Program-made: the position numbers and the translations under genes
Notes under the pieces: generated by a model
Told to the model about the DNA's origin: nothing
Seen by the model: only the letters and a program-made list of their open reading frames with translations
Database searches by the model: none
Shown here: piece after piece, positions 37,311-45,095 of the stretch
How positions within the stretch are numbered: position 1 is the first letter of the stretch
Layout of the letters: every line of letters starts with the position of its first letter
Source: an uncultured Planctomycetales bacterium
GTDB taxonomy: Bacteria; 4484-113; JAFGCY01
Reading direction: 5' to 3'
NCBI GenBank assembly: GCA_964609245.1
Contig: CAZSSB010000001.1
Coordinates: forward strand, 79,836 to 143,835
DNA: 64,000 nt

Positions 37311-38123
37311 GTGGCGGCTGAGGAGCGCAGACACCGCGCCATACTGGTGGGGATCAGCCCGCATGCCGAGAGCGACGCCGTGGTGCGGCTGTTCGCGGAC
37401 GGCCGGGGCGCGCTGGTGGCCCGCGCCCGTGGGCTGCGCAAGGCACAGAGCAAGCTGGCGCCGCGGCTGCAGCCCGCCGACGAGCTGGAGGTGCGGACCG
37501 CGGCCGGCCGCGGCGGGGTGGGGCTGCTGATCGGCGTCGAGCCGGTCCGAAGCCATCCACACTGGCGCGCCGACCTGGGCCTGCTGGCGCTGTACTGGTT
37601 CATGGCGGAATGCCTGTACGTCGGCGCCGGTGAAGAGCAGGTCAACGCCGACATGTACCGCCTGCTGGCGAACCTGCTGCGCAGTGAACCGGACGGCGAG
37701 CTGCGCTATGGCGCGGCGGCGGTGTTCAGCCTGAAGCTGCTGGGGCTGCACGGCCTGCTGGCCGACCTGAGCTGCTGCGCGCTCGACGGCCACGCGCTGG
37801 CGCCGGACGAACCGGCCCACCTGCTGCCCCGCGGGGACGGGCTGGTGGGCCGCGCGGCCTATAACGAGCACTACGCGCGCAGCGGCGGCGGCATGCTCAG
37901 GCTCGATGCGGAGCGGCGGCGGCGCTGGCTGACGCTGCTGACCGGCGCGCTGCTGGACTATCCCGCGGTAGGAGCCGACCAGCTGGATGCCGCGTTGCTG
38001 ATTCAGCATGCGGCACGGCTGCTGAGCGGAACTGCGGCCGCCCCGATCCGCAGCGTGCAGTTCCTGGTGCAGCAGTGGCGGCTGCCCACCCTTGAGGAGT
38101 TGCTGCGCGACCAGCACCTCTAG
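37311..38123 (+). CDS. recO: DNA repair protein RecO
   Basis: OB-fold N-terminus (AILVGISPHAESDAVVRLFADGRGALVARARGLRKAQSKLAPRLQP), FSLKLLGLHGLLADLSCCALDG, and C-terminal IRSVQFLVQQW. Length and motif order fit RecO. Confidence 0.7.
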   Translation: MAAEERRHRAILVGISPHAESDAVVRLFADGRGALVARARGLRKAQSKLAPRLQPADELEVRTAAGRGGVGLLIGVEPVRSHPHWRADLGLLALYWFMAECLYVGAGEEQVNADMYRLLANLLRSEPDGELRYGAAAVFSLKLLGLHGLLADLSCCALDGHALAPDEPAHLLPRGDGLVGRAAYNEHYARSGGGMLRLDAERRRRWLTLLTGALLDYPAVGADQLDAALLIQHAARLLSGTAAAPIRSVQFLVQQWRLPTLEELLRDQHL

Positions 38124-38152
38124 CGGTCCGGCGGGAACTGCGCGGCGGCGGG

Positions 38153-38659
38153 TTAGCTCGACTGGCTTTCGAGCAGGGAGATCAGCTTCAGCAGACGCGG
38201 ATCGTCGGTGAGGCCGCGGGCCTGTTTCAGAGCCTTCAGTCCGGCCTCCAGGTCGCCGCGCTGGACGAACAGCGCCGCCGCGACCAGCGCCACCACCGCC
38301 GGCTGGCTGGCCAGTTCCTCCTGGGGCAGCGCCTGCAGCTCCCGCTGCGCCGTTTCGCCGTCGCCCTGCGAGATGTGCTGAATGACGCGCAGCATCCCGC
38401 GGCTGGCTGCGGGCGCGGCTGCGGCGGCCCCCGACTCGGCGGGCTGGTCCGGCTCGCCGGTGGGCGGGTCGGCCAGCAGCACGGGCGGCTGGGGCTCGGC
38501 GGGCCGCGGGGGGCCGTCGGGGCCCTGCTGCGCCACGAGCTGCACCAGGTTGCCGAGGCGGTCCGACAGCTCGTCCACGCGCTGCTCCAGCTCCAGCAGC
38601 CGGATGCGGATCGCCGTCAGTTCGCCGTCGGGCGGGGTGGAGGCCTCGCTATCGGTCAT
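38153..38659 (-). CDS. Coiled-coil / Pro-rich / TPR-like small protein, last gene of the pseudokinase-giant operon
   Basis: Its start overlaps the stop of the 1800-aa gene by 4 nt (38656-38659). It has an N-terminal heptad-like LTAIRIRLLELEQRVDELSDRLGNLVQLV, a Pro-rich linker and a helical C-terminus. Confidence 0.7.
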   Translation of the reverse strand: MTDSEASTPPDGELTAIRIRLLELEQRVDELSDRLGNLVQLVAQQGPDGPPRPAEPQPPVLLADPPTGEPDQPAESGAAAAAPAASRGMLRVIQHISQGDGETAQRELQALPQEELASQPAVVALVAAALFVQRGDLEAGLKALKQARGLTDDPRLLKLISLLESQSS

Positions 38660-41600
38660 GACCGGCCGTCGTCCTCCTCGGGCTCCTCCGGGACGCCCAG
38701 CATCGACAGGATCTCGCCCAGGATCTCCTGCTGCCGGTCATCCCGCGGCTCGGGCGCCGCGGCGCGGTCTTGCTGGTCGGCGCTGGCGTAGAGGGCCTGC
38801 AGACGCTGGCGGCTGTCGCGGTAGTTGTGCTTGAGCACCAGGATCTGCTCCAGGCAGCGGACCGCGGCCTCGCGGTCCTGGCGCTGCTCGTAGGCGGTGG
38901 CCATCCCGTAGAGCGCGCGCAGCCGCAGCTCGTTGTGCTCGGTGTCGTCACCCAGGCGGCGCAGGACGTCCTCGAAGGCCCTCAGCGAGATGCGGTAGTC
39001 GCCGGTCAGCACGAAGCACTCGCCCAGCTCGACCGAGAGCAGCGGACTGCCCTGGCCGCGGTCGAGGCCGGCCTGCAGCTCGCCGATGGCCTCGACCGGC
39101 TCGTCGACGGCGCACAGCAGGCGCGCGATCTCGATGGTGCGCTCGACGCTGTCCGGCTCGCCGCGCAGCTGCTCGATCCGCTGGCGGTTGATCGCCGTGG
39201 CCAGCTCGGCCTGACGCCGCTTGGCGGGCTCCTGATCGGGCAGCAGCTCCAGCGCCGCGCTGACGCGCTGGTGGGCCTGTTCCAGGTCACCGGCTTCCTC
39301 GACCAGCTGCGAGAGGCGCAGCTGGGCCGCCGCGCGGATGTGGAGGTCGGCCTGTTTGTCGCGGGTGGCCTGCTCATACAGCCGCTGGGCCGCGGCCGGA
39401 TCGCCCTGCAGCTCCTTGAGCTGCGCGGCACGGTACTTGAGGTCGCCGCCCGGTTGCTCTTCCAGCCAGCCGGACGGCAGCGGATTGCTGGTGGCGTGGG
39501 CCCAGACCAGGTGGTCGGCGGCCAGCGGCAATTCGCCCGCTTCGCGCAGGTGACCGACCAGCCAGCGGCGGGCGGCCGTCGATGCCGGGGTGCTGAGCAG
39601 CGCCTCGGCCAGCGCGGTTGCGGCAGCCGTGTGTTCGTCCAGCGCGGCGCTGCCCAGGGCCTCGAGCGCCGTCGCCGCCGCCTCGTGATCGCCCCGCAGC
39701 AGGTGGACTTCCACCAGCGCCACCTGCTGGGCGACGGCATATTCGTCGGTCGCCAGCTGGGTGAGCACGTCAAGCGCCAGCTGCGCCAGGTCGTCGTCCT
39801 CCAAGATGAAGTTGAGCGCCAGCTGCCAGGCCCGGGCCTGGTCGCCGAGCTGCCCGAACAGCTGCAGCAGCAGCCGGATCAGGCCGGGGCTGTCCGCGGA
39901 GTCGCGGATCAGCGCCAGCACGGTGCGGATCAGCTGGTGGACCTCGCCGGTGGGCAGGTCCGCGTCGCGGGCGGCGAGCAGCTGCTCGACGAACTCCTGG
40001 CGGCCGCTCTCCGTGCTGAGATCCAGCAGCTGCAGGCGGGCCAGCAGCACCGGCGCCACGTTGCTCGCCACGCGCTGGTATTCGCTGAGCGCCTTGAGCG
40101 CCTGCTCGCGTCCGGCCGGGCTGGTCTCGGCCAGCTTGCGGGCGGCCAGCGCGACCGCGGTGAGGTCGTCCCGCAGCACGGCGGCGCGCATCTGCAGGGC
40201 GTGCAGTTCCTGCCAGCGCGCGGACTCCTCCGGCAGCTGGCTGGCATCGAAGCCGGCCAAAGCTTCCAGCAGCTCGGGGCCCGGCTCATCGACCAGCTGC
40301 CAGGCCTGCTGCACGTAGCCCAGCGCCTCCTCGGCCTGATTCAGTTTCAGTGCCAGGTGATGCAGGTGCAGCGCCAGCTCGCAGCGCTGCTCGGGGGACA
40401 GCTCGACGCGCTCGGCGTTGTTCCACAGCTCGCTGGCAAGTTCATACAGCTCGTCAGCCGACCAGCGCGGCAGCAGCCAGGTCAGCGCCGACAGCGCCCA
40501 GCCCCAGTCGCCGGGCCGCTCGGACTGCGCCACGCATTTCAGCGCCAGCAGGTGCAGCGGATACTGCATCGGGTTGGGCGCCAGCGCGCCGTGGTGGCGC
40601 AGCTGGGTCAGGATCGGCACGGCCAGGCTGGCGTCCTGCTCCAGCGCCGCGGCGTATTCCTCGGCGCTGTCCTGCCACAGATTGACGCGGATATAGGCCT
40701 GGCCCAGCTGCATGCTGGCGCCCGGACCCCCGCCGCTGTCGCGGATCTCGGCCAGCAGCGGCGCGTACTCCGGATAGTCGCGGACGGTATCGCGCAGGCC
40801 GGCCAGGCGGTCCAGGGCGTCCTCGGTGCGGCCGGCCATGAACAGCAGGCGTCCCCAGGTGACCACCAGCGCCGTGGGCATCCCGCCATCCTCGAGGGCC
40901 AGCTTGTCGAACAGCTCCAGCAGGCTGGCAGCGGCGTCAGGCCCCTGGGCGAGGATCCCTTCAATCAACTCGTGGGCTTCCTCGCCCTGGCCGTGCAATG
41001 CCGCCAGGATCAGCCGGAGGTGCCGCGCGTCCACGTTGTCTTCGGCGCTGGCCAGTGGCTCGGCGATCTCCGTCGAGAGGCTGCCGACCACCTTGCGCAT
41101 CTCGCTGTCGCGGTCCTGGTAGATCTGCACGAGCCTGAGCAGGTGCTTGGTCGCCAGCGCGTAGTTGGGATTCGGCCCGGCCAGTTGCAGGGTGATCAGT
41201 TCGCGCAGCACCGCCTCGGCGTCCCCGCCGGCCTCGGCCACTTGCGCGGCGAGGGCGGCGGCCGCCTCGTGGGCGCCCTGCCCGCACAGCTCACGGACGG
41301 CGCTCAGCGCGCGCGCCTGGTCGCCGGCGGCCAGGGCCAGTCGCCCCAGCTGCTCGACGTGCTCGCTGGTGGTCGCGGTCAGGCCCAGGGTCTCCAGGGT
41401 GTCGAGGCACCACTGTGGGTCGCCGGTGGCCTCGGCCGTGGTTGTCAGCGTCTCCAGCGCCGCGGCTGGCTGCTCGGCCTGCAGCGCCTCGGCCACCACT
41501 TCGGCGGCTTCGCGCAGCAGCTCGGGGGGGTCGCCCGCGGGCAGCAGCTGCGGCAGGGCCGCCTTCAGCGCCTCGAGGGCCTCTTCATCGCCGCCGCGGG

Positions 41601-44058
41601 ACAGCTTGAGCAGATGGCGCAGGTGTTCGGCGGGATCACCGAACTGGCGCCCGGAGGCCAGCAGGTAGCGGGCCGCGGGCTCGAAGCCGGCGTCGCACAG
41701 CTCCTGCAGCGCCTGGTCGACAAACGCGCGGATGTCTGCGGCGGATGCTTCCGTGGACTCGTCGGTCAGCCGCGCGTCAAGGCAGCGGACCAGTTCCAGC
41801 TGCTGATCCGGGCCGCGGCTGGCCAGCAGGCCGTGCATTTGCTCGGCGGCTTCGCGCAGGCTGTCGGCGGGCAGCTGATCGCAGAGCAGTTTAACCGGCA
41901 CCAACGCCTGCTCGGCGGGATCGATCTCGGCGATCATCTCGACCGCGCGCTGCCAGTCGCCCTGCCGGGCCAGGGTCTCGCACTCGACCAGCAGCCGCGC
42001 GCCGGCCGGGACCGGCACACCCAGCTCCTCGGCCAGCGAGAGCGCGACTTGCGGCTCGACCTGCTGGGCCGCGGCCTGCAGCGCCGCCGGAATCTGCTCC
42101 GCAGTCCCGGTGCCGGCTACGAACATCAGGTACAGCCGCGTCCACTGAATCCGCAGCTGCGGCTGCCCGTCGTCGGGCATCGCGTCGAGCAGCGGCCTAA
42201 GTTCACTGAGCCACTCCAGCGGCTCGGCCGGCAGCTGCTCGCCGGCGATCTGGGCCAGCGACTCGATCTCACCGACCGCCACCGGCAGCAGCTCGCGGTG
42301 GCCCTCGCTGACGGTCAGATACGTCGCCTGCTGAGCGCGCCGGCGGTGGACCAGCGCGGGATCCAAAGCTTCACGCCACTGGCGGTAGGCCGCTTCGATC
42401 TGCTCATCGTCCGGGGCCAGCAGGCTGGCCGTCGTCGCCGGTTCAAAGCCGGCCTCCGGGTCACTGGAGGCCAGGTGCTGGGTGCGGGCCAGCACCATCA
42501 GCACGGGCGGCGACGGCTCGGCCTGGGCCACAATTTGGGTTTCAAGTGCCGCCAGCAAGCCGCCGCGCTGTTCATCGTTGGCGGGCAGCGTCGCCAGCTG
42601 GTCCAGCGCTGCGGCGTAGTCCTCGCGGGCCAGCTCCAGCCTGGCCAGCAGCGCCGCGGCGGCGGGCTCGGGCTCGTCCGGCAGGCTGGCGCGCAGCAGG
42701 TCCACGATCGCGCCGACGTCGTCCGGATCTTCGATCGCGACGGCATCCAGCAGCTCGGTCAGCCCGGCGAGGTCCTCCTGGGCCAGCAGGCGTCCCGCCA
42801 GCCAGCCGCGCGCCGCGCCGACTTGCCAGGCCGGCTGGTCGGTGGCCGCCAGTTCGCGCAGCAGTGACGCGGCCTCAGCGGCCGTCAGCTCGCCTTCGAA
42901 CGTCGCCGCGAGTTGCTCCTCCAGCTCGGCCGGCGAGCTGCTGGCGGCAAGCGCGTCCATGCTGGTGGGGGTCGCCGTCACCGCGGCCGGCACCTGGGTC
43001 ACCTTGCCCTGGGTGACGGCCTGGGTCAGCAACTGCCCGGCTTCCTCCGGGCGTGCGGTTCCCGCCTGCTCGTGACGCTGATCCCAGCGCTCGACGAGCT
43101 GGGGAATCCGGTCGGGCGGTTCAACCTTGAGTGTCTGTTTGAGGGCGAAGAGCGACAGGCGCGCATCCAGCGGCAGGTGGTCGTGACCCAGCAGGAACTC
43201 GACCAGCCGCTCGCCGTGGATCTGGGCGCGCGTCAGTTTGTCCTGGACCTGATTCCAGCCCAGCTTGCCCTGGGCGAAGTCGTCGAGCACGGGCTCCAGC
43301 ACCAGGCTGTGCAGCCCCCACTCGGCGGCGGGACGCACGCGCAGCAGCTTCTCCGTGGACTCCGCGTAGGCCGGCGGCAGGCGTTCGGCGTCACCGGCGA
43401 TCTCGATCAGCAGCGTCTCCGCCTGCTGTTCCTCCTTGCGGGCCAGCAGGCTGTCCGCCATCAGCAGCTGCACGCTGATCAGGTCCTCGCCCAGCTTGTG
43501 CTTGTTGGCCAGCAGCTCCTTGAGCGCCTCGATCGTCAGGTCCTGCTCGGTCTGCAGCGCGTCCTTCTTGACCAGCTGCAGCAGCTCGTAGGCGTAGTCC
43601 TTCCAATCGTCACTCTCGCCGGTCAGCTGCGCCCGTTCGGCCAGGTATTGCAGCGCGCGTTCCGGCCCCAGGCTGCCCTTGGTGATCCGCCAGCTGAGCA
43701 GCGCCACGCGTTCGGTTTTCAGATGCGTGGGCAGCTCCAGCAGCCGGTCGACGAGCTTCTGCAGGCCCGGCACCACGGCGATCTTGCGGCTGCGGGCGAC
43801 CAATTCGGCAAAGGCCGGATATGCCACAACGCCGTTCTTCAGCGCCAGCGACGCCTCCACCAGCGCCTCGGCCCCGTTGGTCAGCAGCCCGGGATTGGCG
43901 TTGGCCGGCTTGTCCACAACCCCCATGTAGCGTTTGGTGTAGGTCTGGAGTGCGCGCAGCAAGCCGGCTTCCTTGCGCTTCTGCTGCTGCGGATTCAGGC
44001 GGCGAAAAGACTCGACCTGTCTAAGCAGCCCCTTGCCGAAGTCAAAGCCCTTGAACAT
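38656..44058 (-). CDS. Giant (1800 aa) all-alpha helical-repeat protein with C-terminal TPR-like repeats
   Basis: ATG at 44058. Third-position G/C bias is consistent over 5.4 kb and the protein is L/A/E/Q-rich. TPR-like units lie near the C-terminus (LRALYGMATAYEQRQDREAAVRCLEQILVLKHNY). I saw no Walker A, signal peptide or TM segment. Confidence 0.85.
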   Translation of the reverse strand: MFKGFDFGKGLLRQVESFRRLNPQQQKRKEAGLLRALQTYTKRYMGVVDKPANANPGLLTNGAEALVEASLALKNGVVAYPAFAELVARSRKIAVVPGLQKLVDRLLELPTHLKTERVALLSWRITKGSLGPERALQYLAERAQLTGESDDWKDYAYELLQLVKKDALQTEQDLTIEALKELLANKHKLGEDLISVQLLMADSLLARKEEQQAETLLIEIAGDAERLPPAYAESTEKLLRVRPAAEWGLHSLVLEPVLDDFAQGKLGWNQVQDKLTRAQIHGERLVEFLLGHDHLPLDARLSLFALKQTLKVEPPDRIPQLVERWDQRHEQAGTARPEEAGQLLTQAVTQGKVTQVPAAVTATPTSMDALAASSSPAELEEQLAATFEGELTAAEAASLLRELAATDQPAWQVGAARGWLAGRLLAQEDLAGLTELLDAVAIEDPDDVGAIVDLLRASLPDEPEPAAAALLARLELAREDYAAALDQLATLPANDEQRGGLLAALETQIVAQAEPSPPVLMVLARTQHLASSDPEAGFEPATTASLLAPDDEQIEAAYRQWREALDPALVHRRRAQQATYLTVSEGHRELLPVAVGEIESLAQIAGEQLPAEPLEWLSELRPLLDAMPDDGQPQLRIQWTRLYLMFVAGTGTAEQIPAALQAAAQQVEPQVALSLAEELGVPVPAGARLLVECETLARQGDWQRAVEMIAEIDPAEQALVPVKLLCDQLPADSLREAAEQMHGLLASRGPDQQLELVRCLDARLTDESTEASAADIRAFVDQALQELCDAGFEPAARYLLASGRQFGDPAEHLRHLLKLSRGGDEEALEALKAALPQLLPAGDPPELLREAAEVVAEALQAEQPAAALETLTTTAEATGDPQWCLDTLETLGLTATTSEHVEQLGRLALAAGDQARALSAVRELCGQGAHEAAAALAAQVAEAGGDAEAVLRELITLQLAGPNPNYALATKHLLRLVQIYQDRDSEMRKVVGSLSTEIAEPLASAEDNVDARHLRLILAALHGQGEEAHELIEGILAQGPDAAASLLELFDKLALEDGGMPTALVVTWGRLLFMAGRTEDALDRLAGLRDTVRDYPEYAPLLAEIRDSGGGPGASMQLGQAYIRVNLWQDSAEEYAAALEQDASLAVPILTQLRHHGALAPNPMQYPLHLLALKCVAQSERPGDWGWALSALTWLLPRWSADELYELASELWNNAERVELSPEQRCELALHLHHLALKLNQAEEALGYVQQAWQLVDEPGPELLEALAGFDASQLPEESARWQELHALQMRAAVLRDDLTAVALAARKLAETSPAGREQALKALSEYQRVASNVAPVLLARLQLLDLSTESGRQEFVEQLLAARDADLPTGEVHQLIRTVLALIRDSADSPGLIRLLLQLFGQLGDQARAWQLALNFILEDDDLAQLALDVLTQLATDEYAVAQQVALVEVHLLRGDHEAAATALEALGSAALDEHTAAATALAEALLSTPASTAARRWLVGHLREAGELPLAADHLVWAHATSNPLPSGWLEEQPGGDLKYRAAQLKELQGDPAAAQRLYEQATRDKQADLHIRAAAQLRLSQLVEEAGDLEQAHQRVSAALELLPDQEPAKRRQAELATAINRQRIEQLRGEPDSVERTIEIARLLCAVDEPVEAIGELQAGLDRGQGSPLLSVELGECFVLTGDYRISLRAFEDVLRRLGDDTEHNELRLRALYGMATAYEQRQDREAAVRCLEQILVLKHNYRDSRQRLQALYASADQQDRAAAPEPRDDRQQEILGEILSMLGVPEEPEEDDGRS

Positions 44059-44096
44059 CCGCTGTTCCTGACCTACCTACTGGCTTTCTCTATACA

Positions 44097-44801
44097 CTAC
44101 AGGTCGGCGGTGATACAGTCCAGCAGCACCTGGCGGATCGCGGTCCCCAGCGCCCTGTATCCACCGGCCGGGTCCTCGGCCCATAACTCCGCCGCCGTTC
44201 GCAGCGCGCGGTGATTCTCCGTATCCGGCTCTTCCGGTCCGATCAGCTGCCCCAGCAGCTTGAGCGCGCCGCGGCGCTCGGCCTCCAACTCGTCGGCCGG
44301 CGCCTCCGCCTGCGCGCGGTTGAAACCCGCCAGGCGCACCCAGCGCACCAGGGGCGTGGCCCACAGGTTCTCCAGGTCCAGGCCGCCGTGGACGACGGGT
44401 TGATCCATCGTCTGCAGAAACTGGATCACGTCCAGCACGTCGGCGGCCAGGCGCACGCGGTCGGTGGCGGGCAGCGAGTCCAGCAGCGTCGCCGTCAGCG
44501 GCTGCTCCGCCTGCCAGGCGAACAGCAGGAAGGGGGTGGAGGAAGCCTGCGGCTCATCGACCAGCTGCAGGACGTGGGGGTGCTGGATCCCTCCCAGAAT
44601 CGCGTGTTCGGCGGCGATCCGCTGGTCGGATTCGGCGGTACCGTCCGGGCACTTGATCCAGAAGCGCTGCCCGGTGCCGCGATCGCGACCCAGGTAGACG
44701 GGTTCCGTAGTGGTAACCAGGTCCAGCCGGGACTCCAGCAGGAAGCCCGCCTGAACGACGTCCGGTGCTCCGGTTACCTCGGTGGCACGTGCGGTGAACA
44801 T
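44097..44801 (-). CDS. Protein-kinase-like domain protein with degenerate catalytic motifs (predicted pseudokinase)
   Basis: Kinase-like order: LGRDRGTGQRFWIKC (G-loop and Lys), AAEHAILGGIQHPHVLQLVD (alphaC Glu plus HPxhhxL), VVHGGLDLENLW in place of HRDLKPEN, and LAGFNRA in place of DFG. Confidence 0.65.
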   Translation of the reverse strand: MFTARATEVTGAPDVVQAGFLLESRLDLVTTTEPVYLGRDRGTGQRFWIKCPDGTAESDQRIAAEHAILGGIQHPHVLQLVDEPQASSTPFLLFAWQAEQPLTATLLDSLPATDRVRLAADVLDVIQFLQTMDQPVVHGGLDLENLWATPLVRWVRLAGFNRAQAEAPADELEAERRGALKLLGQLIGPEEPDTENHRALRTAAELWAEDPAGGYRALGTAIRQVLLDCITADL

Positions 44802-45041
44802 GCGCCTGTCTTCTCCTCCAGAGGAGGATTCTACCTAGTACTGCATCAACCCTCGATAACGCATGCCGCCCAAGCGGCGTGACTTCAGTCCACGAAATAC
44901 ATAACTACGGTGACCGCTGTCCGTCATGAAACCCTGACGCGACTCAATCGGCTACCCACAATTATATCTGAGTGGCGCCGCCGATAAACGGTTTCAACGC
45001 AGGTTTAACCGAATCCCCGGCTTGAGCCTGTGGCTGTGACT

Positions 45042-45069
45042 GGGGCCCACCTGAGATCAGGCGGGCCCC
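45042..45069 (-). terminator. Strong GC hairpin downstream of flgE
   Basis: On the mRNA strand GGGGCCCGCCUGA pairs with UCAGGUGGGCCCC (13 bp including one G-U). No U-tract. Confidence 0.5.
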
Positions 45070-45079
45070 AGTGCGGCTA

Positions 45080-45095
45080 CCGGCGCTGACGCCGG
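45080..45095 (-). terminator. Short hairpin immediately after the flgE stop codon
   Basis: ccggcg / ctga / cgccgg palindrome at 45080-45095, abutting the stop at 45096-45098. Confidence 0.35.

Noticed and set aside
38770-42867. A 1365-aa ORF on the plus strand, the second-longest in the track.
   Set aside because: It is entirely antisense to the 1800-aa gene. Its product is monotonous G/Q/R/L/A low-complexity sequence with no motifs, and it starts at a non-ATG without a ribosome-binding site. The minus-strand frame has the expected G/C-rich third positions. It is a typical shadow ORF of high-G+C DNA.
38656-44058. The giant protein as a STAND/AAA-type NTPase or a secreted adhesin/RTX-like protein.
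   Set aside because: I found no GxxxxGK[ST] Walker A, no signal peptide, no TM segment, and no Ca-binding nonapeptide or beta-rich repeats on reading the translation. It reads as helical repeats throughout.
44980-44987. GCCGATAA, the sigma-28 (FliA) -10 consensus, in the spacer next to flgE.
   Set aside because: It is on the plus strand, where there is no downstream plus-strand gene. There is no TAAA-like -35 at the right spacing. The flanking genes are transcribed on the minus strand. It is probably a chance match.
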